From NCBI RefSeq assembly GCF_036321535.1, contig NC_087437.1, positions 90,212,001 through 90,276,000 of the forward strand: DNA of 64,000 nucleotides, given 5' to 3'. The notes under the pieces are model-generated. The model worked only from the letters and a program-made list of their open reading frames with translations, ran no database searches and was not told the DNA's origin. This DNA is from Camelus dromedarius. Its lineage: Eukaryota. Shown here piece after piece: positions 1 to 12,704 of this stretch (positions are counted from its first letter, which is position 1; each line of letters starts with the position of its first letter). Made by a program: the position numbers and the translations under genes.

Positions 1-672
1 CTGGAACTAATTATCCAGAGTTAGCACAGAACCCCTCAGGTTAAGGGCCAAGTCCCACAAGCCTGCCTCGCATTTCAGATGTCAGTCATAGGTCTGGGTC
101 TCCTGAACTTTTGACTGACTCGCTATAAACCATAGGTTGCCATGACCCCTTCTTTGGGGTGGATAATTTGCTATAAGAGGCCACAGAACTCAGAAAAGCA
201 CTGTACTTACTATTAGCAGTTTATTATATAGAATATAATTCAGGAACCACTAAATAGAAAAACACACATATGGCAATGAAGTGGTAAGGGGTGTGGAGTT
301 TCCATGCCCTCCAAGAGAATCAGCCTCTCAACGGAAGGTATTCAACAACCTGGAAGCTCTCCAAATCTCTTCATTTAGGGTTTTTGTGGAGTTCCTGTTA
401 CGTAGGCATGACTGATTAAATCTTTAGCTATTGATGATTGACTTGATGCCTAGTCCATCTTCCATCCTTGGGTCTAAAAATGTGAACCCTCCAATCATGT
501 GGTTGGTTCCTCTGGCATTTCACCTGCTTAGCACAAGCAGGTGAAAGGGGCTAGTTATTAATAGCAAAAGATGCTCCTATTACCCCTACCATGCAGGAAA
601 TTCTAAGGATTTTAGAAGCTTTATACCAGGAACCTGGAACAAAGACTAAATAGATATTTCTTACTAAATCAC
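1..672 (-). mobile_element. MER21-family LTR (MER21C-like), cut by the window start
   Basis: Matches the recalled MER21 consensus in reverse (ttagcacagaacccctcaggttaagggc; cacagaactcag; ends ctaaatagatatttcttactaaatcaca, the reverse complement of the TGTGAT... LTR start). Confidence 0.8.
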
Positions 673-3194
673 AGGTAGAGATTGCATCAGATTTCAGAGT
701 GAGTGACAAGTGAAGAAAGCAAGTACAAACAACTTTTCAAGAATATCCAGGCTATGGGGAATCAGGATTAGAAAGGCTAAGAAAGCTGAAATAAAAAGGG
801 AAAATTGCTTTGTTGGATGTGTATGAAGTGTTAAAATGGGCAGGACCAATCCATAGACTTGGAGAAACTCAGGCAGAGATAAATCATCAGAATGAGAGAA
901 CAATAATAGTTGTTCTTGGAGTCAATATTGATTGTTACTGTTTTCTCAAAGTGTCTGGATATGCAAGGGATTTCTTTTTTTTTTTTTCAGGATTAGTCTT
1001 CATTGGACAAGTTTGAACTTCTTATCCCATCCAACAGCTTCTTGCCTCTGTTCTAATGTGGGCTTCATCTGAATTTCCACATCATCATAATGGGTCTCAA
1101 TGATTTGTCTTGGAGGCTACTTTTAAGAGCTCTGTTTAAAGATAGAGATTTCTTTATAAAGGAAAGGAATAAAGGAAAAACTTAAAAAAACAGAACAAAA
1201 CAACTAAAGATGTCATTTACAGAACAGAAACCAATATACTATTTTCCCCATTATTTTTGCATACTTATTTATTTACACTTTCAGAATGGACATTTCTACT
1301 AACAATTTCCTGAGCCTGGTGACAATTCACAGGCGAGGGATTGTGGCATTATGAGCAAATACTTTGTGTCATCAGGCTGCCAACAGGTAAAAATGAAACA
1401 CTTTTCACCAAAGGTGTAGACTCCTTGTGAGGAGCACTACAGACTGTGAATTAGAAAGCATTCCTCTACATAAGATGCATGTTCAAGTGCAGAGCTTGAA
1501 ACCCTTGCCTTGAGTTTTGCGTGGAAGATGAAGACATGATTGAAAGATGACAACAACTAAAATGACATCTTGAGGGAAAAAGAACAGGACCCGCTTTCTA
1601 AAACATAAGAGGCAAACAAAACTGGCTACTTTAGAGAGTGATTTTTTTTTCACATAATATTGAATAATATTATCATATAATTACTGAGATTCATAAACTT
1701 GATGGAAGACATTTATATTATATTGCAACTATTAAGTATTTTGGAATGTGCTTTGACTCTTAGATAAATTAGTTGTTTCCATAAAGCAATATTTAACTCT
1801 AGATGGAATTTATTATACAATTCTTGATATTTCTGTTCACTGGGCATATATATGTAAATAATATTTTAAGCATGGGAAAAACTTACAGATTCTAGTTTAT
1901 CAAATCATGCATATGATTTAGGATAAATGCTTTATATAAAATACTGCTTCATACTATAAGTGTGAAAAATATAACAGGAATACACATTATTTGGTGTAAA
2001 AATACATAATATTTATACAATGAGATCTGAAAGTTAAGAGTTTTATATTTTATTTAGAACTTATTATTCTGTAATATATCTCCTTAGGCTTCATTTCCTT
2101 TTAATTCTGGAAAACAGCATTCTTTATTCATGGACTGACTGATCAAAGACTCATATGTAGCACAGTTCAGATTAGAAAAATAGATCTTGAGATTCATAAG
2201 CCCAATTCATGAAAAATTAATAGGGTCAAATCATATTGTTTTCAATTAATTTCTTGAGGAAAAACATGAAAAAATAAAATTGAGGACAACATAGTACTTC
2301 ATATAATTTTTAAAGAGATAGTAATATTTTTAACCAATAGATACCTCCTCTATATCATTAGCTGAAATAAAGATATATCATGAATACATTTTAAGCAATA
2401 TAGTTTTTATTTTTCCTGATTTAATGAAATATTATTTCACTTCAAATGCAAGTTTTATCATCTTAAAACTTAAATAAGAAATTCCTGAATTAGAATGGTA
2501 TGATAGCAGATGCTGATAGAATTTAAAAGTAATCAAACAGGAATAGATCACCACTGTGGGAAATTTCATTTTCATTTTCAATATACTTCCTTTTAGAGAT
2601 ATGGATCACGATAACTGGTATCTGAAACACAGTAATCGATGAGATAAAATCCTGGAAAGTATTATGAATTAAAAATAAATGAGCTGGACCCCAAAAGGAA
2701 GTTACAGAAAACAAAATAAATGCTTTATCAGCATTAGAGCAAGCTATATTACTGAGAGATTGCTGACACTGGAAAAGATAAGGCATTAATACTTAAAGGG
2801 AAGTGTGTCAATATCTTTTATTATTTTTGTCTCAATATAAATGCATGTAGAATTCTGAAACTGGAGTGAGCAAAGCGGAAGTCTGCTGCCCTGGTGTGCA
2901 TCTGCTATGTTGTCAAGATTGTCTCCTTGAACCAAACTGATGTCAGGGGAAAGTTGCCGGCAGCTACAGAAATCATACTATGGAGACTGCCTGCAGAGAG
3001 AAAACTTTCATACTGGAGCTTGTGTTACGTGAAAACTATGAAGCATCTATGAGATGCCAGTCAGTTTCAAACCACAGAGAAGTAGTGGTTCTACTGTAGA
3101 AAAAAAGTTCATATTTTTGCTTTGCTTTATATTAAACAGAGCATATTTTTATTATTCAATTTGATTAGCATTTTATCTAATTGAAATCCTAGAG

Positions 3195-3411
3195 CAGTGT
3201 TTCTCTACTGTGGCACCCCTGACATTATGGTCCAGATAATTCTTTGTTGTGGGAGCCTTCCTGTGCATGGTAGGATGTTCAGCAACATCGCTGACTTCTA
3301 CCTACTAGATCCAAGAGCATCCCTGCTCCTGAATTATGACAAACAACAACGTCTCCAGACATTACCAAAAATTCCCTTGGGGACCAAATTTTTCCTTGTT
3401 GAGTGTCATTG
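3195..3411 (-). mobile_element. MER20 (hAT-Charlie MITE), full length
   Basis: Reverse complement follows the MER20 consensus (ccagataattctttgttgtggg...cctgtgcatggtaggatgttcagca...gtctccagacatt). 217 bp, flanked by an 8-bp TSD tcctagag (3187-3194) / tcctagaa (3412-3419). Confidence 0.92.
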
Positions 3412-4119
3412 TCCTAGAATAATTATTTTAGTTATATCAATGTGACAGAATTTTAAAATTTATTGTTACTTCTATCTCATTTCTATGAAAAGGAGATTTT
3501 AACAGTATGTATTTTAAGGGACTCACAAGGTGTAAGTGACAAAATGAATGAAAGTATAACATTTTTTATTTTAAATAAATAATAGTTATTATTTTGATCA
3601 TCAGAACTTCTAATATAACATCTTCTATCATACAAGTTCTTAGCCTAATTTTTTTTTAAATTTTATTTACATTTAAGTTTAAAAAAGAAAAAGAACATAT
3701 GAAGTTGCTCCTTTAAATTTTATTCTCTCATAAAACACTGTTCAAAAGAAGCCACAGTTTAATCATGAAACCTGAAGTTAAGAGAAGAGCCCTAAAGTTG
3801 CAACTTTAATAGTAAATATAATAAGTAGTTTCTATTATTCATTTTGTTGAATGAAATATGTCATTAAATTATACCACATTATTAGAAAAGGAACCTAATG
3901 ATGGATATTTTCATGGAAACTTACATATGGTACCCTTTCTTGTTAAATTAGCACCCTAACTCATTCTACAATGCTCTACCTAACTCAATACTATTTCATT
4001 ATTTATTGCTTTTTTTGAATGTTCCAAGTAAGAGTTTTGAAATTCCAATAAAATATATTGTCTTTAATTCAATTTTAATTTTAAAAAATATTCATACGTG
4101 AAGTGAATTCTTGAGGAAT

Positions 4120-4800
4120 CTGAAGATATACTATTTTTGGTCTTCATTTTTACTGATGAGAAATCTACTTACAAAGAAACAAGATTTAAAATAGCAGTAA
4201 TCTACCTTGTCTTTCTGCTTTTTTCTGGCTTTTAAGGTTTTTTTTTTCTTTCTGTCGTTGGTTTTCTGTAATTTTATGACAATGAGTCTAGGTCTAAGAT
4301 TTGTTTTTATTTATCCTGTTCAGGACTTGACATGCTTCTTCAAAATTAGGATCTGTATCTTCCTTTTATTCAATTATAGAAATGTATCTGCCATTATCTT
4401 AAAATATTGCCTCTTCTCATGTCCTTTATCTTTGTACTGCTTCATTTTATCATTCCTATGTCTCTGCCTCCATTATATTTCCTCCTTTTCACTTTTCAGT
4501 GCTACAGCTTTGTAATGTCTACTGTCTTCCACTTTAGTTGGAAGCTCTTGTTCTGCAAACTGCTGGTTAACCCATAGTTTAAAATTGAGCATTATGTGTA
4601 CATTTTGAAGTCTAGAAGATATTATTTTAAATATGGCTTTTTGTCTCCTTCCCATATATTTTTTAAAAATTTTATTTAATCTGTTTGACATTAAACATTC
4701 TTCTTTTATCGTCTCTTTCACATTGTTCCCTGATCAAATGTTCATGCTATGTTACTTATTCTATATGCTTTAATGGGCTACTTTCCCTCATGTAGTTTAT
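4120..4800 (-). mobile_element. Ancient L1M/HAL1-type fragment (ORF1 region), highly decayed
   Basis: T-rich antisense L1 ORF1-like motifs (ctgatgagaaatct; gtttttatttatcctgttcagg; ctgccattatc). May extend further right; limits approximate. Confidence 0.6.
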
Positions 4801-6669
4801 ATGTTATTATTGGTCCGTGTTTAATATTTTGTTCCTACAGGGGAATTGTACTCAAATAGGGTAAGAGAACTTCTTTACAGAATACATCTGCCCGGTCCCT
4901 AGGGAGTTCGCTGGTTCCAGGTGAAGTGTTATGATGCTATCTTAGTTTGTGCTTCTTGTACCTAGCAGGTTATAAAGGTTCAGGAAACCACACCCATGCT
5001 TGCTGCAGTTTTCAAAGAGAATTATGTTTTCAACATTCAAAAATCTAGGAAGGTAGACAAGCTTCTTCTGACAACAGTATTTTTCTTATATTAGTTTTAT
5101 GACTGTGGGGAGGAGTTCTCATAGGGTCCCAGATATGCTCAGAAGACTCATTTTAATCTACCCATTTCACACTGATTCCAAGCCCTATCACCAATATCTG
5201 TCTTGGCATCAAAACTCTAGCTCACAGTCTGAGTCTATAGCCATTACATGTTACTGGAACACACATCTAGACCCTTGGGGCATTAGATTGTGCCCTTAAT
5301 ACCCTGGCTTTGAGTTCTTTCTCTGTTTTGCCATCTGGGAATTTCTCTTACTTTCTACTTTATGTAGCGTTTCTACATGAATGGGATAGGAGCTAGCATG
5401 TGTCAACTCAGTTTGCTATGTTACCACAAGTATCCCTCCCTTTCTTATTTAAACAAACAGGTCTAAAACTTAACATTTTTGTCGTAGTTGAAAATTAAAT
5501 GAATTAAATAGCAAGGAAATACACTCTATGATAAAGAAAGGCCAAGGGGCATTAGAGATTGTCATTATATTATGTGAATCTATTTGACAACAGAGGGCCA
5601 AACTTATTTAACAAATGTTTCACAAAAGCACTCAAAATGTAGATTCCAATGTGCTCAAAACCATGGAGAAAGCCACAGTGGAAACAAAACAATGAGATCT
5701 TTGTTACTGACACACCACACTCAGTCAGTTCCTCATTTCAGCTGCATACTAAACAGAGGATTAGAATCCCTCTGCAGCTAATCTGTGATTGTGCTTCACT
5801 ATTTAATCAAAGCTGAACATGCATATTCTGGGAATGACATTCTACACTGAAAATTATTTGAAGGAAATATGTTTCTAAAAATATTGTGTGCTCCTAAGTG
5901 CTTAAAGGAAGAGATTTGGTTGCATAGTCTATAAAGCATAGACATAAAATATTTGAAGGAAACTTTCAGATGAGGAAACTGATGTCCAGAGAGATTAGGA
6001 ATAGAGACAGAGAAACAGATAGGGCCCGTATTATTTCATTATTGGTTTTATCTGAAATTAATTCATTTAAACTGGAGTTTGATTAAAAACTAAGATGGAT
6101 TACTGTTAGCATACTCTCTTCTTAATATCACTTGTTTATTTCTGATTACGGTTAGAAGACAACTTGTTAATACTTCTCTTTTTAAAACATCTTCCTTCTT
6201 GATATTCCTTAATAATACATATGTATACATAATACTCATTAAATAATAAATCAGTGTGTCAAAATTTTGTTAAGGGAAAACATATTTTATGTTGCTAATA
6301 TATTTTCAAAATTACCCAAACTCTAACTTTTCTAAAAGAAATTCTGATCTTAAATAAGATTAATGAACTCAATGCTGTGTCATGGGTAATAAGTATGTAC
6401 ACAGAACTCAGTTTTTCCTCACTTTACATTAAAAAAAAAGTATTTGCTGCTAATATTTGGTAATTAAGAGATTGACTATTAGGCCTTTATTTTACCATGG
6501 TAAAAATTATAAGTGGCAGCTATTTTGACAATTATCCAAAAAAGTCACATACAGCCCCAACAATTTGCTACATCCTCACTATTCCCTTTTTCCGTTACAT
6601 TTCAGTCACATTCTTTGTCATTTATATTTGCTGCTTCAAATTTTTCAAATTTATTTTTCTTCTAGTGGT

Positions 6670-7097
6670 TGTAATGAGTGGAATTGTATGCCACAAAAAG
6701 ATATATTGAAGTCTTAAACCCAGTGTCTCAGAATGTAACCTCATTTGTAAATAGGGTCCTGGTAGATGTAATTAGTAAGATGAAATCATATTAGAGTAGG
6801 ACAGACCCTCAATCTATTATGCCTGGTGCCCTGACAAGAGAGGAGACCGCTAAGTGAAAACAAGAGACACATGAGAAGACAGCCATGTATTAAAGAGGTA
6901 GAGACCGGTCTTTAAACTGAGAAACACCTGAGGTTGCCAGAAGCTAGAAGAGGCAAGAAAGGATACTACTTCAGAAGCTTTGGAGGTCCTGCCAAAACCT
7001 AAATTTCAGAGTTCTATCCTCCCAAACTAGGAAAGGAAGTTAGTTAAGCCACCTAGTTTATGGTTCCTTTTTAGGGCAGCTCTGTGAAACTAATATA
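6670..7097 (+). mobile_element. MLT1 (ERVL-MaLR) solo LTR, MLT1C-like
   Basis: Starts tgtaatgagtggaattgt; contains cagaatgtaacctcatttgtaaatagggtc and ccagaagctagaagaggcaag; ends ggcagctctgtgaaactaatata. Confidence 0.88.
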
Positions 7098-7790
7098 GAA
7101 GTATAAAGAGAAAAGTGAAAATTGTCTTATATGCCTGTCTTTATTATTACAAAAGAAATAAACACAACAACCATCTATTTATGGGTTTTTTTTTTTTGGC
7201 TTACATTATATGGGTATTTGCCTTCACAATTTCCCCTTTAAATCCAATAGGCTTTTCCCCAGAGTTCAAATTTAGATTCTTCTATTTGAGACATGGTTTT
7301 TACTATCAGGAAAGAGTAAAGGCAAAAATTTACAAAAATATAAAAAAAAATTTTACTTATTTATTAGGAGCCATCATTAAAGGAAAAGAGTTATTACTAA
7401 AATAAAGTATAAATATATCTTACATCTAAAAAGAAATTAAGCATTTATGACAGAATTACATGTATTACCTGAGTTGGTATTTCAAAAAAAACCATAGATA
7501 ATATATTGGCCAGGTAATACTTTTCTTGTGTTATAGATAAGAATACTAAATTTTTGTTGATGCACCTAATAAAAGGCAGTGTTAAGAATAGAAAGAATGT
7601 TAAAAAAAAAAGAATAGAAAGAAAATTAGTTGTTAATATCCAGTAAATAATTTTTAATGTGAAAAACTATTTTACCAATTTTGTTAAAAATATTTAGAAA
7701 ACTGAAATAGTATGACTTTTCTGTAAGAAAAAATTTGCATAAAGCAACATAAGTTATAAATGCATTACTAAAAGTACATATAGAATAGCT

Positions 7791-9725
7791 CATTCGTGGA
7801 TATTGGCCTATAATTTTCTTTTTTTGTGATATCTTTGCCTCGTTTTGGTATCAGGTCTTGTAGAATAAGTTGGGAGGTATTCCTTCCTCTGCAATTTTTT
7901 GGGAATAGTTTGAGAAAGATAAGTACATAAAAGAACTGTACTCAGAAAACTGTAAGACACTTATGAAATAAATTGAAGATGACACAAAAAGATGGAAAGT
8001 TATGTCATGTTCCTGGATTGGAAGAATTAATATTGTTAAAATGACCATATTACCCAAGACAATCTGCAGATTCAATGCAATCCCTACCAAAATACTAATG
8101 GCATTTTTCACAGAACTAGAACAAATAATTTTATAATTTGTATGGAAACACAAAAGACCCCAAATGCCAAAACAATCTTGAGAAAGAACAGAATGGTGGA
8201 ATCAGGCTCCCTGACTTCAGACTATGCTAAAAAGCTATAGTAATCAAAACAGTAATGACACAAAAACAGATCAATGTAACAGGATAGAAAACCCAGAAAT
8301 AAACCCATGCACTTATGGTCAATTAATTTATGACAAAGGAGGCAAGAATATACAATGGAAAAAAGATAGTCTCTTCAATAATTGGTACTGGGAAAACTGG
8401 ACAGCTACATGTGAAAAAATGAAATTAGAACATTCTCTAACACCATATACAAAAATAAGCTCAAAATAGATTAAAGACCTAAGTGTAAGACCATATACCG
8501 TAAAATTCCTGGAGGAAAACATAGGCAAAACACTCTTTGACATAAATGGAAGCAATATATATTTTTTGGATCTTTCTCCTAGAGTAATGGAAATAAAAGC
8601 AGCAAAAAAAAAAAAAAAAAAAAAAGAAGACCTAATTAAACTTAAAAGCTTTTACATAGCAAGGAAACCATGGACAAAATGAAAAGACAACCTACTAAAT
8701 GGGAGAAAATATTTGCAAGTGACATGACCAATAAAGGGTTAATATCCAAAATATATAAACAACTCTTATAACTTAACATCATAAAAACAATCCAATTAAA
8801 AAGTAGGCAGAAGAACTGAATAGATATTTTTCCAAAGAGGAAATACAAATAACCTACAGGCACATGAAAAGATGCTAAACGTTGTTAATCATCAGAGAAA
8901 TGCAAATCAAAACCACAATGAGATATCACTCCACACCTGTCAGAATAGCTATCATCAAAAAGAATACAAATAACAAATGTTGGTGAAGGTGTGGAGAAAA
9001 GGGACACTGTTGGTGGGAATGTAAATTGGTGCAGCTACTGTGCAAAACAGTATGGAGGTTTCTCAAAAATCTAAGAATAGAACTAACATTCAACCCAGCA
9101 ATTTCACTCTTAGGTATATATTTGAAAAAATAAATATTAATTTGAAAAGATACATGCACCCCAATGTACCTAGCAGCATTATTTACAATTGCCAAGATAT
9201 GGAAGCCACCTAAGTGTCCATCGTCATAGGAATAGATAGAGGATATGGTCTATTTTTACAATGGAATACTACTTAGCCATAAAAAATAATAAAATTTTGT
9301 CATTTGCAACAACATGGATGGACTTGGAGGGTATTATGCTGAATAAAATGAGTCAGATAGAAACAAATACTGTATGATAACAACTTCTATGTGCAATCTA
9401 AAAAAATACAATAAACTAGTGAATGTAACAAAAAATAAGCAGACAGATATAGAGAACAAACTAGTGGTACTTTTGGTGAGAGGCAAGAGAGGAGGGACAA
9501 TATAGGGGTAGGGGAGTAAGAGGTGCAAATTATTAGGTATAAAATAAGCTACTAGGATATATTGTACCATATGGGGAATACAGTCAGTATTTACAATAAC
9601 TATAAATGAAGTATAATCTTTCAAAATTGTGAATCACTATTTTGTACATATGTAACCTACATAATCTTGCAATATCAACTATGCTTTAATACAAAATGAA
9701 AACTAATTCAGAATAAAAAAAGTTT
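7791..9725 (+). mobile_element. 5'-truncated L1 (cetartiodactyl type) with 5' inversion
   Basis: 7791-~7925 is antisense ORF2 (the ORF track shows ...QKIAEEGIPPNLFY). ~7929-9725 is sense ORF2 3' part ([39 protein letters not shown]) plus 3'UTR and A-rich tail. TSD aaagtacatatagaatagct (7771-7790) / aaagtacttatagaacagct (9726-9745), 18/20 identical. ORF2 is disrupted. Confidence 0.95.
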
Positions 9726-12670
9726 AAAGTACTTATAGAACAGCTAGCAACAATAAGTTACCATTTTTGTTGTATTTGAACAAGGCAGTGAAAGGGGGAG
9801 AAAACAATGAAAAGCAAGAATGAAGGAGTAACCCACAAAGCTAAATTCAAAGCAGAGCTAATGTCTTCCTCTACATATTGCATTTTGTAACCAATTGTCT
9901 TAAGAGAGAAAGTAGTATAACCAGAAGAGATTAGCAAAGCAATCTATCACCCTATGACTCATAAAGAATTACTTCTCATCGGTTGTAATGTTTTTGTGTA
10001 AGGAATATGAGGGCTTCATGTGTGAGTTCAGCCATGGGACATGACAGCAGACTTTCATCTAACCAGGGACTGCAGCTGTACAGTCATTCGCCAGGCTGGA
10101 TAGTGGCCACCACTGCATGCCATGACAGCAGAAACCATCTCCTTTGCTCAAGATTGCAGGACACTAATGTGTGTTCTCATCAAAGGCATATTGGGCCATA
10201 AGTGAACCAAAGATTTGGTACCCATGGACAATGTTTTACCCTCCTCCTTTAAGAGGAGAAAATACAAAAGCATAAGCAATAACCCTGGAAATATTTCCTG
10301 TGGCTTATAGGAGAAGCGTTTTAACATTTTAAGTATTTTTAACTTTGCTATAAAAAGTCTTGTTAAAGTGGTTTAGAGGAATAAACATAAATAAAGCTCA
10401 ACTCTTGACCCAACTAATCAGATTTCCTATGAGTTAGATGTGCATCAGTTGCTAGTAGCAGGTAGTAACCATTGCATTCTGTCTCTGGATATCCATCAGC
10501 CTTTAGGAGTATTAGCAGCTTCACAGAGAGCTGCTTGCCTAGAGAGAAAGCAAGGCTCTCCTCATTAACACATGGTAGTGATCCACAGGGTAGCCAGCAT
10601 TTGATTATTAACATGAACTGTTTGGGCCATTAGCTGTCACCTGTTTCAAAAACCCGCGTGGTGCTGTTTAGCTTTGGACTTTCTTTCCTGCTGTCAAATT
10701 TAGTTAAAATATGCCTCTGGGATCAAATGTCGTAAGGGGAAATGCACAGTTGGAGCAATTTCATAAGTCTTCCTCCTGTAGGAATCCTGGCTGAAAACTA
10801 AATTAATTCTTAATACATAATATTTTGTACTAACTTCATAGCTCCCTAAACCTTAAGATAGAAACAATATTTATTAATAATGTCCTGAGGTTTTAGAGTC
10901 AGTATGCACTCTTATAATTCATTTTATCTCTTTTGAAATAGAAGTTGCTATAAATTGATTTATTCCCCATTGATGTTTGAAGTTGCTGTCAGAGAACTTT
11001 TTTTTAAATTTTAATATTTGGTAATTATGTTAATTCAAGCCTTCTGTTAGATTTTTACAGTGAGTATTAATAAAGTAAACTTGGAAAAATATTAATGCAT
11101 CTTTTCCTATATTAATGTTCACCTAATAATCAACATGAATATTCCAAACAGAGAATAATACCTGAACAAAAGCATTCCTATGGGTGATTTATAGCAAGTA
11201 AAATGATGATATCAAATCATGGCTCTTCATGTGCTCGCAGAATCCATTTTACAGAATGAAAGAATGAAAGATCTAGAATTGGAAAGATCAGGTTTGTTTA
11301 ATGTCTAGCTTATTTATGTCTCTCTTTTAGGTAGGACCATTATTTAAACATCATCAACCACACCACAAAGAACTACACCACAAAGAACAACAAATAATTA
11401 TTAGCTTACATTTTGATATCAGAAATGACATTCTATTTAATTAACTTTAAATTACTTTATTAATCTTTCTAAACTATCATAATTAAGTCATAATCCACTG
11501 ATACTTAGAAAGAAACATGATCTTTTTTATGATGTACTTCAATAAACTATCGGTATTTTACCAATAAAGAGATGAATCAAAGGCACAAGGTAGGATTGTC
11601 AATTTTAGAAGCTGAAGGTCAGGCAGAATGTTCCCTCTAATGAATATATGAATGAGTAAAAGAATAAGTGAGTGAATAAACAAAGAGGGACCTCTAGAAT
11701 AAGAGTTCACATATTAGAACACAGAGAACCCTCAGTGTCCTCTGGTGAGCAAAATAATTGTGGTACCCGCACTGATGGAGTACAGACCCTTACCTAAATG
11801 CTGAACTGCAAGTATATAGTCACATTTGTGAAATTTTTATTGCTTTATAAGCCCACAACTGTTCATTGCCAGGGGATTTATTGTGATTTCAGATCTCTGA
11901 AAATCATTTAGACTTTGAAATTTTGCCTGGGGTGGGGGGAAATCCATAGAGTATTATTCACCTTCCATTTTGTTTTGTTGTGAGATTTGTGATGACCCAG
12001 AACTTAGGAACCCAGAAAGTTTTTGCTTTAGGAGCTAGTGGGCTTGATCATTTTATAAATCCCAACTCTGAAACAAAAATGATTATAAAGCCAATGTATC
12101 CAAACAAAAATATGCATACTGGCTATTTCAGTTTTTAAGTGTATACTGTTAAAAGCAAAAGAGCACACTTTAAATTAAGATCTAACTTTCAGGTTTTCAG
12201 ATTTATCAACAACTGAGAGTTTTATTAGTAATGGTATTTAATCAAAAATAACTATTGGTAAAATGATATCAGCAGATAATTGGGATAAGTAATACATGTA
12301 TATATCAATTTACTAGAAATTGTTGGGGAAAGAAAAATTCAGGCCAACTGATACTGACAAAGTTATTTTCTTTAGGATGTTCCTGCCTGCTGATCATTCT
12401 GGCTGATGCTTGATAGTGTTTTCCAATCTGCAGAATAACCATTTTCTCATGTTACTGGCCTCCAGCATAGTTTAGAAGCATTCATTTTTTTCCTACAAAA
12501 TCACTATACTTCATTATGAGAATAATATTTCGAACTCTATGATACAGAACATATAATTTTTATAAACTAATAAAGAAAATCCAGTTCTACGTTTCTCTAT
12601 GTCCACACTGAAGAGAACAGGTTCTGGGAGAGGAGTGGTGGTACCAATACTGCTGAGCATCCCTGCTTAC

Positions 12671-12704
12671 CTTGAGAGGGCCATCACCAGGCGCCCACAT
12701 GGTG
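12671..12704 (-). other. Candidate 34-nt exon (unverified)
   Basis: Minus strand: ctgcctgcttccattcccttcag|caccatgtgggcgcctggtgatggccctctcaag|gtaagc. Good pyrimidine tract, consensus donor, and GC-rich relative to its flanks. Confidence 0.35.

Noticed and set aside
1285..1386. Plus-strand exon-like segment (tttcag|...caacag|gtaaaa)
   Set aside because: Stops in all three frames and only a moderate donor; no support beyond chance, though a non-coding exon cannot be excluded.
8224..8469. ORF with clear homology to L1 ORF2p
   Set aside because: Fragment of a truncated, stop-riddled L1; not a functional CDS.
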